A DNA stretch of 64,000 bases from Candidatus Multivoradales bacterium (lineage in GTDB: Bacteria > Acidobacteriota > Thermoanaerobaculia > Multivoradales > Multivoraceae): the NCBI GenBank assembly GCA_965223325.1, contig CBDCWI010000002.1:1440001-1504000 (forward strand). Direction: 5' to 3'. Shown here in pieces: positions 40,498 to 49,891 of this stretch. The notes under the pieces are model-generated. The model saw nothing but the letters and a program-made list of their open reading frames with translations. It did no database searches and had not been told where the DNA came from. The stretch's first letter is position 1. Every line of letters begins with the position of its first letter. The translations under genes and the position numbers were made by a program.

Positions 40498-41964
40498 CTA
40501 CTCCGGCAAGACCTCGGCCCACGCCTCGGCAGCCCCTTCGAGTCGCGGGGCATCCTCAGGCAGGACGAATCCCTGGTCGACCGCCCCGGCAAGCGCCCGG
40601 CGATACTTCTCGAGGTAGCTCCCGCGGTTCGGATATAGCGCCCTGAGCTCGTCGCCCGTGAAGTCGCGCGCGTAACCGTAGAGGAACGCAAAGCGATTGC
40701 CTCCCGCCACACGCTCCCCGGCACCGCGGTGCTCTGCGGTGGGTACAACCATTTCGGGAAGTCGGATGCCCCCAAGGGCGTTACCATGCGCATCGCGTGC
40801 GATTTCCATTCCGGTGCCTGCCGTCGCAAGTGGGTTGGCACTCGCAGCGGCCTTCTTGACTTCGATCAGGGGAAAACGTGGCGGAAGCTTGCCTTCGCTC
40901 AACCAACGGTGCATATGACGGAGAGCGGCGTCGTAGACCGGTTTGTAGGCCAGCCAGTTCGGTGAACTCATGCCTTCGGTGGTCGCCGCAGCATCCCGCG
41001 TCACGCTGACGTGCGAAGTGCCCGCAACTTCCCAGAAGCGGTAGGTGTCGGTGTCGGGCTGGCGCGCGTTGTAGTAGGCCATGGTCTCAGTTTCGGAGTT
41101 GACCACAAGGACCGGTACGCCGAGATCGGAACGCACCATGTGCGATCGGCGCACGCCGCGCGGGGCGCCACTCCTGTCGCGCGCGAAGGGCACGCCGCCA
41201 GCGAAGTCGATGTACGGAATGAAGCCGTCGAAGAACTGCTCCTTCGGATGCACTCCGTTCATGTAGGTGCGCAATCGCGAGGCCGACTGCGAGGCGCCCG
41301 CGGCAACCACGTACCGCACATCCAGGCCACCCATCGGATCGACCGGCGTTGTCGCGCGCCGAGGACCGACGGCACGCGCCGCCTGGGTGAAGATGTCGTA
41401 CGAGTAAGCGTCGCCGGGATGCTCGAGCGAGCCGTAGCGCTCCTTGTCCCACTGCTTGAGCCCCGCGGCATCCGGGCCCGGGAAGCCATCGATGCCGATC
41501 TTCTGCGCCGAGATTCCTACCCAGGCGAAACCACGCAAGTACTCATCGTCGCTGACCGTTCCCAGCTCGTACCCCGCGGTGACGTTCTGCCAGTGCGCGA
41601 TGACCGTCCCATTGAAGCGCGCAGCGTCACTTGGCCGCACCACCAACAGGCGCGTCTTCCAGGGAACCGTGGAAGCTTCCTTCTCGGTCTTCCACATGCC
41701 GTCGCTTTTGTGTTCGGTACCCTCCCGCAGTCTGTAGGCCGACGCCTCGCCTTCGAGAAAGAACTCCTCCATGACGTAGCCGAAGTCGGCCAGGTCAAGG
41801 GCCGGCGCCGAGAAGGGAGCGCCCTTTTCGCCACCGGTGACCGGACCCGACAGGCGCGCTGTCTGTGCCGCCGAATCGGAGCCCTCAGTCGCCGCGGCAG
41901 CGAGAACCGCTGGAACCAGGACAGACAAGAAGCCAACCACTCCGGTGCGTCGCCCTGATCTCAT
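40498..41964 (-). CDS. Secreted alpha/beta hydrolase domain protein
   Basis: AAAGGA RBS; signal peptide; GYVMEEFF, FNGTV, HPGDAYSYDIF, nucleophile GASQSA, WEVAGTSH, GNALGGIRLP. Confidence 0.82.
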   Translation of the reverse strand: MRSGRRTGVVGFLSVLVPAVLAAAATEGSDSAAQTARLSGPVTGGEKGAPFSAPALDLADFGYVMEEFFLEGEASAYRLREGTEHKSDGMWKTEKEASTVPWKTRLLVVRPSDAARFNGTVIAHWQNVTAGYELGTVSDDEYLRGFAWVGISAQKIGIDGFPGPDAAGLKQWDKERYGSLEHPGDAYSYDIFTQAARAVGPRRATTPVDPMGGLDVRYVVAAGASQSASRLRTYMNGVHPKEQFFDGFIPYIDFAGGVPFARDRSGAPRGVRRSHMVRSDLGVPVLVVNSETETMAYYNARQPDTDTYRFWEVAGTSHVSVTRDAAATTEGMSSPNWLAYKPVYDAALRHMHRWLSEGKLPPRFPLIEVKKAAASANPLATAGTGMEIARDAHGNALGGIRLPEMVVPTAEHRGAGERVAGGNRFAFLYGYARDFTGDELRALYPNRGSYLEKYRRALAGAVDQGFVLPEDAPRLEGAAEAWAEVLPE

Positions 41965-42027
41965 CGCGCATTCCTTTCTTCCCGCGAGTCGCGAGAGTCT
42001 GCCTATTTCGGTTCTCGACACACAGGA

Positions 42028-42054
42028 TACAGCGCACTCCGCTACAGCGCACTC
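42028..42054. repeat. 12-bp direct repeat TACAGCGCACTC x2
   Basis: Copies at 42028-42039 and 42043-42054, upstream of the hydrolase gene. Confidence 0.75.
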
Positions 42055-42122
42055 TGTTGACTGACGGCGCTACCTGAACTGCCGCGCGCCTCAACCGCCA
42101 CTACGGGTCCACACCGCCGGGG

Positions 42123-43010
42123 TCACTGGTCGCCGGAGGGCCGCCCTTCGACCGTCGTGCGCAGCGGCACCTGGCACACGTCGAGAACCGCGGGAGGCTC
42201 ATGATGGAAGAACGCATCGCTGCGATTGCGGCGCTCATCGAGCATCTGCTTGAACTCGGCGCTCGCCGTGTCGGGCACGTGAATCTTCATGCGCTCGGAC
42301 GGCGGCAGGTCGGCTGCCAGGCGCGCCCGGTCGATCGGCGTACGTTCGTTGGGGTCTTCAATCATGCCGTCTTCGTCCGGTCCATCGCGACGAATGCGCT
42401 GCACGATTTCCATGCCTCTGATCACGCGACCGAAGATGGTCAGGTTACGGTCGAGATAACGCGGCGCCTGACCGATCACGATGTAGAAATCGGTACTGGC
42501 AGTATCGCGCCCGTTGTTGCGCGCCATCGCGACGACACCGGGACAGTGTGTCAGCCAGGCCGCGCCGGTCGCCGGATCGCGGCCGACGGCAAACCCGTCG
42601 ATGAACCCGGTCTCGGGAGCGAAGAGGTCGCCTGACTGCACCAGGGTGAAGGTCCCCAATCCCTCGAGCGGGCGCTCGAACTCTCCCTTGACCTGCGGGT
42701 TCGAAAACTCGCCCGCCATGTCGGAACCGTCGCCAGCCTGGGCGACAAAACCATCGATCACCCGGTAGAACGTCGCGTCGTCGTAAAAGCCAGAGCGCAC
42801 GAACTTGATGAACTGCTCCACCTGCAGCGGTGCGAAGTCAGGGTTGAGCTCGATCACGATGCGGCCATCCGGCACATCGAGATAGACCTGCCGCAGAGCG
42901 TCTACCGGCCGCTGTCCGTGGGCAGCCGCGGGCGAAGTCGCCGCAGCGAGAGCGGCAGCCAGACAGGCGAGAAGGAGCAACGCGGTCGGGGGAAGCTGTC
43001 TCTGGTTCAT
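42123..43010 (-). CDS. Secreted cyclophilin-type peptidyl-prolyl isomerase
   Basis: Signal peptide; FYRVIDGFVAQAG, VAMAR, FYIVIG, LDRNLTIFGRV. Confidence 0.9.
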   Translation of the reverse strand: MNQRQLPPTALLLLACLAAALAAATSPAAAHGQRPVDALRQVYLDVPDGRIVIELNPDFAPLQVEQFIKFVRSGFYDDATFYRVIDGFVAQAGDGSDMAGEFSNPQVKGEFERPLEGLGTFTLVQSGDLFAPETGFIDGFAVGRDPATGAAWLTHCPGVVAMARNNGRDTASTDFYIVIGQAPRYLDRNLTIFGRVIRGMEIVQRIRRDGPDEDGMIEDPNERTPIDRARLAADLPPSERMKIHVPDTASAEFKQMLDERRNRSDAFFHHEPPAVLDVCQVPLRTTVEGRPSGDQ

Positions 43011-43180
43011 GAGCTCCGCCGAGGGTAGCAGGACTCCCGGGCCCGCAGCAGTGGTACTCAGTAGCCTGGGGCTTTCGCACCGGCTGGGATAGGGTTGAAT
43101 ACCCGGCGCCTGGTCGCCGTCCTCTCTCCCCTCCTTTCCTGAAAAAGGCCCATCACCTCCCTGGGCTCTCGAACCTCACC

Positions 43181-44488
43181 TTGAACATCTTCGAATTCGT
43201 TCTCGAACGACGCGGATACCCCCTTGCTCGCGCCAGCAAGATGTTGCGCGACATCCAGGCGCTTCCGCGAGCCGAATTTCTGGCCTGGCAGCAGCGCACC
43301 GCCTGGGAAATCGTCGACTACCAGCGCGCCAACAACCCTTTCTTCCGCGCCCGCGTACCCAAGCGACCGCGCGAATGGCAGGACCTCCCGACGCTCGGCA
43401 AGTCGGACCTGCAGGAACCCATCGAGACGCTGCTCGCCGAACCCTTTCGCGAAGGCGGGCCCGAGCACGCTCACATCGACAACACCTCGGGCTCGTCGGG
43501 CCACCCATTCTGGTACGCCAAAGACCGTTTCTGCCATGCCATGTCATGGGCGCTGGTCAAAGAGCGCTATGGACGCTGGAACCTCGGCACGCGCTCTCGC
43601 CAGGCGCGCTTCTACGGCATTCCACGCGATCGCAGAGGGTCGCGACGCGAACGTGCCAAAGACCTCTTGATGAACCGGGTGCGGTTCCCGGTCTTTGATC
43701 TCTCTGATGCGACGCTGGCGAAGTTTCACCACCGATTCGCGCGCGACCGCTTCCAGTTCGTCTACGGTTACACCCACTCCCTGGTGCTCTTCGCCCGCTA
43801 CCTCGAACGCCAGGGACTCATCCTGCGCGACGCGTGTCCGAGCCTCGAGGTCTGCATGGTGACCAGTGAAGTGTGCCGCAACGAGGATCGCGAATTTCTG
43901 ACGCGGACCTTCGGCGTTCCGGTTGTCAATGAGTACGGTGCCTCCGAGTGCAGCATCATCGCCTTCGAGTATCCCGACGGCTCGTGGCGCCTGTCGGAAG
44001 AAACTCTGCTGGTCGAGACCACCGACGACGGTGAAGTTCTGATCACATCGCTTTTCAACCGCGCCTATCCACTGATTCGCTATCGCATCGGCGATATCGC
44101 ACAAATCGGCCCGCGCTCTGACGACCGGATCCATCGCTCGCTCGAAGCGCTCGAAGGCCGAACCAACGACGTGATCCATCTCCCCAGCGGCCGCACGGCC
44201 GCGGGCCTGACCTTCTACTACGTCCTGCGGGCGGTGCTCGAACAAACCGACGCCGTACGCGAGTTCCTGGTGCGCCAGACCGCGCTCGACCGTTTCGAGC
44301 TCGAGATCATCGCCCGTCGCGACATGCGCCCCGACGAAGTCGCCACGATCGAGAAGGAAGTCCTGCGCTACCTCGAGCCGGGCCTCACGGTCGAGATCCA
44401 GCGCGTCGATGAGATCGAGCGCCCACCCTCGGGCAAGATCAAGCAGTTCGTCTCCGACCTGCCCCGCGAAGCCTCGCCGATTGATTGA
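43181..44488 (+). CDS. Phenylacetate-CoA ligase family (CapK-like) adenylate-forming protein
   Basis: TSGSSG, NEYGASE, PLIRYRIGD, EGRTND, SGK; TTG start uncertain. Confidence 0.85.
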   Translation: MNIFEFVLERRGYPLARASKMLRDIQALPRAEFLAWQQRTAWEIVDYQRANNPFFRARVPKRPREWQDLPTLGKSDLQEPIETLLAEPFREGGPEHAHIDNTSGSSGHPFWYAKDRFCHAMSWALVKERYGRWNLGTRSRQARFYGIPRDRRGSRRERAKDLLMNRVRFPVFDLSDATLAKFHHRFARDRFQFVYGYTHSLVLFARYLERQGLILRDACPSLEVCMVTSEVCRNEDREFLTRTFGVPVVNEYGASECSIIAFEYPDGSWRLSEETLLVETTDDGEVLITSLFNRAYPLIRYRIGDIAQIGPRSDDRIHRSLEALEGRTNDVIHLPSGRTAAGLTFYYVLRAVLEQTDAVREFLVRQTALDRFELEIIARRDMRPDEVATIEKEVLRYLEPGLTVEIQRVDEIERPPSGKIKQFVSDLPREASPID

Positions 44489-44500
44489 CCTGAAGTCCGC

Positions 44501-44556
44501 GTCGAGTCTCCCCCGGTCGAGTCTCCCGTTTTGCGGTTCCGTGTTGCGGTTCCGTG
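44501..44556. repeat. Two adjacent short tandem duplications
   Basis: GTCGAGTCTCCC at 44501 and 44516; TTGCGGTTCCGTG at 44531 and 44544. Confidence 0.8.
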
Positions 44557-44579
44557 TCGAGGTTTGATTTGGCGTCGCG

Positions 44580-45386
44580 TCAGTCGACAGGCGACATGAC
44601 CGAGGCTGCCAGGGCCACTGGAAAGGCGAGGAGGGTCAGGTTGAAGAGACCATCGTAGCCAGCGGTAACGGGTCCCAGCGCTGACGCGACAGCATGTGGC
44701 AGGAAACCGGCGAGCAGTGCCAAGGCAACAGCCCGCAGGTGGAACGGATCGCGGAAACTGCCGCCCTCGTCGTGCTGCACTCTAATCGCCACCTTGATCG
44801 CCCGGTAGAGCCAGATGATCCCAGCCACCACTCCAAAGACCTCGGCAACAAGAAAGAGAGCCATGAGGACTTTCTCGGGAACCGCAGCGCCCGGTCCTCC
44901 GAACGATTCACCGGGAGTAAACATGAAGGGGAGGGCGATCGAGGCGACCAGCCCAACCAGGAATGGCAGGTAAAGGACCACTAGCCCCAAGCGTCCCAGA
45001 AGGCGGTCTCCGAGCGGAGTGGGATGGGCGAGGGCGAGATGCAGGAACAAAACCTGCGCTGCGACCGTACTCAGGACCACATAGAGCCCCAGCAGCCCGG
45101 CATCCCAGCGTGGGGAGCCAAAGCCAAGCGGACCGCCCCAGTGCAAGGCGGTCGCCAGAGCCCAGGCAACATAGAGCCATACGACCCGCTTCGAACGAAA
45201 GCCATCGCCCCAATTCCTAACCATTACCCAGAGACCACAGGACAGGTACCAGAGGCCCAGGACGGCCAACACATTTCGAACCGCCGGCGGGTCCGTGGAC
45301 ATCGCATGCGGCCATCGGATCGCCAGTAGCCGCCAAACGAGCACACCCAGAGCCCCCACCATGAGCCAACGTCTCGCCATCGTCAT
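44580..45386 (-). CDS. Hypothetical polytopic membrane protein (about 8 TM)
   Basis: AAAGGAG RBS before ATG 45386; many hydrophobic helices with intramembrane His residues (ALHWGG, FLHLA, LPHA). Confidence 0.78.
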   Translation of the reverse strand: MTMARRWLMVGALGVLVWRLLAIRWPHAMSTDPPAVRNVLAVLGLWYLSCGLWVMVRNWGDGFRSKRVVWLYVAWALATALHWGGPLGFGSPRWDAGLLGLYVVLSTVAAQVLFLHLALAHPTPLGDRLLGRLGLVVLYLPFLVGLVASIALPFMFTPGESFGGPGAAVPEKVLMALFLVAEVFGVVAGIIWLYRAIKVAIRVQHDEGGSFRDPFHLRAVALALLAGFLPHAVASALGPVTAGYDGLFNLTLLAFPVALAASVMSPVD

Positions 45387-45452
45387 TGTGTGTCTCCTTT
45401 CATCTGCAGTGTCTGAGGGTGACCCTCGGCTACAGTCCGTACGTCGCTTTGG

Positions 45453-45485
45453 CTGATGCGTTTCTGACGTTTCTCTGATGCGACG
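45453..45485. promoter_or_regulatory. Three 11-bp-periodic direct repeats (candidate winged-helix operator)
   Basis: CTGATGCGTTT / CTGACGTTTCT / CTGATGCGACG in the divergent intergenic region. Confidence 0.6.
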
Positions 45486-45509
45486 GTTGAAGAGCCAAAG
45501 GAGAACCTG

Positions 45510-45980
45510 ATGAGGTCCCGAGAAGACGAACTGCTCTTTGGCGACTTCCGATTCATGTCGGAAACCGCCGAGCTCTGGCGCGGAGACCAGATCGTTGCGT
45601 TGCGCCCGCAGGCGACGATCGTGCTCCGCGCCCTGCTCGAGAACCGCACCCGCCTTACCACCCGTGAACAACTGCGACGCGAGCTCTGGGGGGAGACGGC
45701 CGTCGACTGGGAGAGCGGGCTCCATCAGGTCGTGCGGCAGCTACGACGTGCACTCGGCGACGACTCACGTCACCCCGTGTTTATCGAAACAGTCAGCGGT
45801 CGCGGCTACCGCTTCATCGCTCCGATCGTCAGCCCGTCTCCAGCTCCAACGGTGGCTGCCATCCCTCTGCCGGCGCCACAACCCTCCCGATCACCGTGGC
45901 GAGACGCGGCGCTATGGCTGGCCGGTATGCTGACTTTGCCGACTGCAGTTCTGCTCCTTTGCGCCTTCATGGCGCTCTAG
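45510..45980 (+). CDS. CadC/ToxR-like winged-helix regulator with C-terminal TM helix
   Basis: AAAGGAG RBS; FGDFRF, LRRELWG, QLRRALGD, FIETVSGRGYRF; Pro-rich linker; terminal TM helix. Confidence 0.88.
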   Translation: MRSREDELLFGDFRFMSETAELWRGDQIVALRPQATIVLRALLENRTRLTTREQLRRELWGETAVDWESGLHQVVRQLRRALGDDSRHPVFIETVSGRGYRFIAPIVSPSPAPTVAAIPLPAPQPSRSPWRDAALWLAGMLTLPTAVLLLCAFMAL

Positions 45981-46031
45981 ATCTCGCCCCTGGAGAACCG
46001 TAGCTCCCCGTGCAACCGATATAGTTCGCGA

Positions 46032-46724
46032 ATGGCTAAGAATCGATTCATCTTACCGATCCTCGTGTCCATCGCCTGTTTCGCCACCTTCGCGGAGGCG
46101 CAAACTTCCGTCGGCGGGCGTGCCGGCACGACCGGCCTCGGGCTCGAGGTCGGCTTCGGTTGGAGCGAACAAGTCGACGCGCGCCTTGTTGCCTCGGGCT
46201 TCGACTACGACGACGACTTCTCCTCCAGCAGGGTGCGCTACGACGGTGAGGCGGAACTGCGCTTTCTATCGGCGCTCATCGACTGGCATCCAGGAGGCAG
46301 CGGCTTTCGATTCTCCGCCGGCCTGGTGTGGAACGACTCGACGATCCGCGGATCGGCTCGGGTGCGTGACATCATCGAGGACCAGGCGCCCGAGATCCTC
46401 GACCTGGGATTCACCATCCCGGGCGACCTGGGGACCGTAAACGCTGAAGCTCGCGGCGACGACCTGGCGCCCTACGTGGGCATCGGATGGGGAAAGGTCG
46501 CCGGACGCACAGGTCTCGGCTTCTCCTTCGACCTGGGAGCCTTCGTCTTTGGGGACCCCGAGGTTGACCTTACTCTCGACACACCGCTTCCCGTCGATGC
46601 GATCCCCAACGGCCGAGCGCTGATCGACGAAGCCCTGGCCAGCGAACGTGCCGAGCTCGAAGAAGAGCTCGAGGACTACGACGTCTACCCGGTGGTTTCG
46701 TTCGGCGTTTTCTACCGCTTCTAA
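46032..46724 (+). CDS. Outer-membrane beta-barrel protein
   Basis: Signal peptide; GTTGLGLE, DWHP, APYVGIGW; C-terminal YRF. Confidence 0.82.
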   Translation: MAKNRFILPILVSIACFATFAEAQTSVGGRAGTTGLGLEVGFGWSEQVDARLVASGFDYDDDFSSSRVRYDGEAELRFLSALIDWHPGGSGFRFSAGLVWNDSTIRGSARVRDIIEDQAPEILDLGFTIPGDLGTVNAEARGDDLAPYVGIGWGKVAGRTGLGFSFDLGAFVFGDPEVDLTLDTPLPVDAIPNGRALIDEALASERAELEEELEDYDVYPVVSFGVFYRF

Positions 46725-46727
46725 CCG

Positions 46728-47609
46728 ATGCCCCCGCGCACCTACTCCCTCGCGTCCCTTCTGCCGTGGCTTCTGATCCTTTTTGCAATCGCCTTCTTCA
46801 CCACGCCGACGGCGCGCAACTGGCTAATGAGCGAGGAAGCGAGAGAGGAGCAACGCAAGGCTCACGAGCGCGAAGAACGCCTGAAGAACAGGCCGCGGGC
46901 GAGCGCCGCCGAGCTCGACCGGCGCTACGAGAAACGTCAAGAGAGATATCGCCAGAACCGCGCCGCCCGCGAAGCGGAAGAACGGGCGCGCAACGCGGCA
47001 CTCGAAGACGGACTCGTCGAAGCGGTCGACCCGGTGCTACCCGCCGAAGCCCCGCCCGAGCGCGACGTCGTCACCAGCGCAACCGCCGAGGTCGACCCCA
47101 CAACGGTCGCCGCCGAACGCCAGCTGTTGCGCCGCGCGATCACACCGATCTTTCGCGACCAGATGCCGCGTGACCTCTTGCAGGTCATGATCTTCTACGA
47201 CGGCGACAAGTCAGACACCAGAGTCGAAATCGAACTCGATGAAGGCGCACCGTTCCTGGTCAACGACATCGAACCGTTCAGAGAGACCATCAACGTGCGC
47301 GAGTTCGATCTTCGGGGCAGCGAGCCCACCGGCAGAATCACGATCCGCGGCATCAAGCCCAACGGGGTCGTCGACGGGGTTGCGGTGGGGCTCTTGTGGC
47401 TCGCGAGCGACGGCGAATACCACAAGCTGCAAACCCATCGGGAGAAACCGTCAAAACGGCCGCTCTGGGTCTGCGGTTGGCCCTTGGGTCTGGACCCGGC
47501 GAAATACAGAACGAAACTCAGCGAGCGCCCGGGCGATCCCTGGGACAACGTCGAGATCGCCCTCTGCGGCGCCGAGCTGGTCAAGGATGGGACCCACCAG
47601 CTCCAGTAG
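46728..47609 (+). CDS. Hypothetical membrane-anchored coiled-coil protein
   Basis: N-terminal TM helix, E/R-rich coiled coil, globular C-terminal domain; starts 3 bp after the OMP gene. Confidence 0.68.
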   Translation: MPPRTYSLASLLPWLLILFAIAFFTTPTARNWLMSEEAREEQRKAHEREERLKNRPRASAAELDRRYEKRQERYRQNRAAREAEERARNAALEDGLVEAVDPVLPAEAPPERDVVTSATAEVDPTTVAAERQLLRRAITPIFRDQMPRDLLQVMIFYDGDKSDTRVEIELDEGAPFLVNDIEPFRETINVREFDLRGSEPTGRITIRGIKPNGVVDGVAVGLLWLASDGEYHKLQTHREKPSKRPLWVCGWPLGLDPAKYRTKLSERPGDPWDNVEIALCGAELVKDGTHQLQ

Positions 47610-47667
47610 TCGAACCGTGCGGTAGGGTCTCCATCTTGCCCCCCTCAACCGCCCACCGGAGCACAGC

Positions 47668-49845
47668 ATGAGACGGCTTGGCACGATCCCATTCATCGTC
47701 GGCGCGTTGCTTTTGACCGCCGGGGCGGGCGCCCAGGAGCCGACGCTCGATCGTCTCCTCGGCTCACCCTTCCCGAGCGACATGGAGGCCTCGAGCGACG
47801 GTCAGCGTGTCGCCTGGGTCTTCAACCACCGAGGCGTTCGCAACATCTGGCTCGCCGAGGCCCCGGACTGGCGCGGCCGTGCGCTGACCGACTGGCAGGA
47901 CGACGACGGCCAGGAGATCGCGCAGCTGAGGTTCTCGCCTGACGGAACCTCGCTGGCTTTCGTCCGCGGCGGACCGCCGAACCGTGCGGGAGAACACCCC
48001 TCGCCGCGCTCGAGCGCCGCCGCAGCGGAACGCAAGATCTGGCTGCTGGGGCTCAATGGCGACGAGCCTGCAAAGGCACTCACCCTGGGCACCGGCCCTG
48101 TCTGGCATCCAAGAGATGGCTCCCTCTTGTTTCTTCGCCAGGGAAAGGTCTGGAAGGTCACCGCCGCAGGAGAGGGGCCACGCGATCAGGCAGCCGATCC
48201 CGAGGCCGAAGCCGATCAACTCCTCGCGGTACGCGGGTCGCTTGCAGACCTCAGCGTTTCCCCCAACGGAGAGGCGCTCGCCTTCACCAGTCAGCGCGGC
48301 ACACACGCGTTCGTCGGTGTGTTCGATTTCGCAACCGGGAACGTACGCTGGATCGACCCCGGGGTCGATCGTGACAGTTCCCCTATCTGGTCGCCAGACA
48401 GCCGTTCCATCGTCTTCCTGCGCCTTCCGGCACGGGAGCGGCAGGAGATCTTCGCCCCCCGTCGTGAAGGGCAACCGTGGTCGATCAGGCGCGTCGATCT
48501 CGGCGACACCCCACGCACCGACCGGGCCATTGAGCTCTTTCGGGCAACGCCCGGACCGGGCAGCGTCTTCGCCGGGCTCGAAGCCGACCAGCAGATCTTC
48601 TGGGTTGGCGACAGGGTCGTCTTCCCGTGGGAGAAGACGGGCTGGCGGCACCTGTACTCGATCCCCCTGACCGGCGGCGAACCTCGCCAACTCACCGCCG
48701 GCGACGGCGAGGTCGAATACGTCGCCCAGGGTGTTGATGGTCGCCTGGTTTTCTCTTCGAACATCGGCGACATGGAGCGCCGTCACCTGTCGGTTCTGCG
48801 CGTCAACCCCGAGGGGCGCCTGGCGGCGACGACGCTCACCGAAGGGCGCGGCGTCGAGAACGTGCCCGTTCCGCTCGCCGGTGAGGCGGTCGCCTTTGTT
48901 GGCGCCACCGGCCGCCGACCGATGCAGCCACGGATCGTCACCGAGCGCGGCATCGTTCGCGACCTCGCACCTGAAGCTCTTTCGGTCGACTTTCCGCTCG
49001 ATCGCCTGGTCGAGCCCGAAGCGGTGCAGTGGAAGGCCACCGACGGCGCGGTCGTCCATGGGCAGCTCTTCCTGCCCGCGACCGACGCGGGCGACCTGAA
49101 ACGACCGGCGGTGGTCTTCTTCCACGGCGGGTCGAGGCGCCACATGATGCTGGGTTGGCACTACAGCTCCTACTACCACCGCTGCTACGCCTTTCACCAG
49201 TACCTCGCCTCGCGCGGCTACGTCGTGCTGTCGGTCAACTATCGGAGTGGCACAGGGTATGGGCGCGACTTTCGCGAGGCCCCCGACTATGGCGCCACCG
49301 GCGGAGCAGAAGTTCGCGACGCCATCGGGGCCGGCCTGTGGCTCGCAGGCCGCAGCGACGTCGACCCGGGCCGCATTGGGCTCTGGGGAGGCTCGTACGG
49401 CGGTTACATGACCGCGATGGCCCTAACCCGAGCGCCCACCTTGTTTGCCGCTGGGGTCGACATTCACGGCGTGCACGACTGGAACACGACGATCAAGAAC
49501 TTCATTCCTTCCTATGAACCGCTGCGCGATCCGGAACGGGCGCGCATTGCCTTCGAGGCCTCGCCGCTGGCCGAAGTCGAACGCTGGAAGGCGCCGGTTC
49601 TACTCATTCATGGCGACGACGACCGCAACGTGCCGTTCGCCGAGACTGTGCGACTGGTCGAGAAGCTGCGCGAAGTGGGGGTCGAGCACGAACTGCTGGT
49701 CTTCCCGGACGAGGTGCATGGCTTTCTGCTGCACGAGAGTTGGATGCGCCTGTTCGACGCTGCAAGTGGCTTCTTCAATCGTCACCTGGGGCAAGACGCC
49801 GCAGCCAGTCAGGACCGTGAAAAGGAGACGGCGGCGGTCCACTGA
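47668..49845 (+). CDS. S9 family (prolyl oligopeptidase/DPP IV-like) peptidase
   Basis: Signal peptide; propeller (SPDG/SPNG); HGG, GGSYGG, HGDDDRNV, DEVH. Confidence 0.93.
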   Translation: MRRLGTIPFIVGALLLTAGAGAQEPTLDRLLGSPFPSDMEASSDGQRVAWVFNHRGVRNIWLAEAPDWRGRALTDWQDDDGQEIAQLRFSPDGTSLAFVRGGPPNRAGEHPSPRSSAAAAERKIWLLGLNGDEPAKALTLGTGPVWHPRDGSLLFLRQGKVWKVTAAGEGPRDQAADPEAEADQLLAVRGSLADLSVSPNGEALAFTSQRGTHAFVGVFDFATGNVRWIDPGVDRDSSPIWSPDSRSIVFLRLPARERQEIFAPRREGQPWSIRRVDLGDTPRTDRAIELFRATPGPGSVFAGLEADQQIFWVGDRVVFPWEKTGWRHLYSIPLTGGEPRQLTAGDGEVEYVAQGVDGRLVFSSNIGDMERRHLSVLRVNPEGRLAATTLTEGRGVENVPVPLAGEAVAFVGATGRRPMQPRIVTERGIVRDLAPEALSVDFPLDRLVEPEAVQWKATDGAVVHGQLFLPATDAGDLKRPAVVFFHGGSRRHMMLGWHYSSYYHRCYAFHQYLASRGYVVLSVNYRSGTGYGRDFREAPDYGATGGAEVRDAIGAGLWLAGRSDVDPGRIGLWGGSYGGYMTAMALTRAPTLFAAGVDIHGVHDWNTTIKNFIPSYEPLRDPERARIAFEASPLAEVERWKAPVLLIHGDDDRNVPFAETVRLVEKLREVGVEHELLVFPDEVHGFLLHESWMRLFDAASGFFNRHLGQDAAASQDREKETAAVH

Positions 49846-49891
49846 CCGCGTGCCCTGCCAGGCACATCAGCGCCTCGGCCTTCTTCTTGCC

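Noticed and set aside
43038-43112. tRNA-like fragments (AGTGGTA, GGGTTGAATACCC)
   Set aside because: No consistent acceptor, D or anticodon stems, and the T-loop is non-canonical.
49445-49891. Long N-terminal extensions on Uup, and likewise on the VWA ORF (59549) and the 44580 ORF (45725)
   Set aside because: They overlap neighbouring genes; downstream ATGs match family N-termini or have SD sequences.
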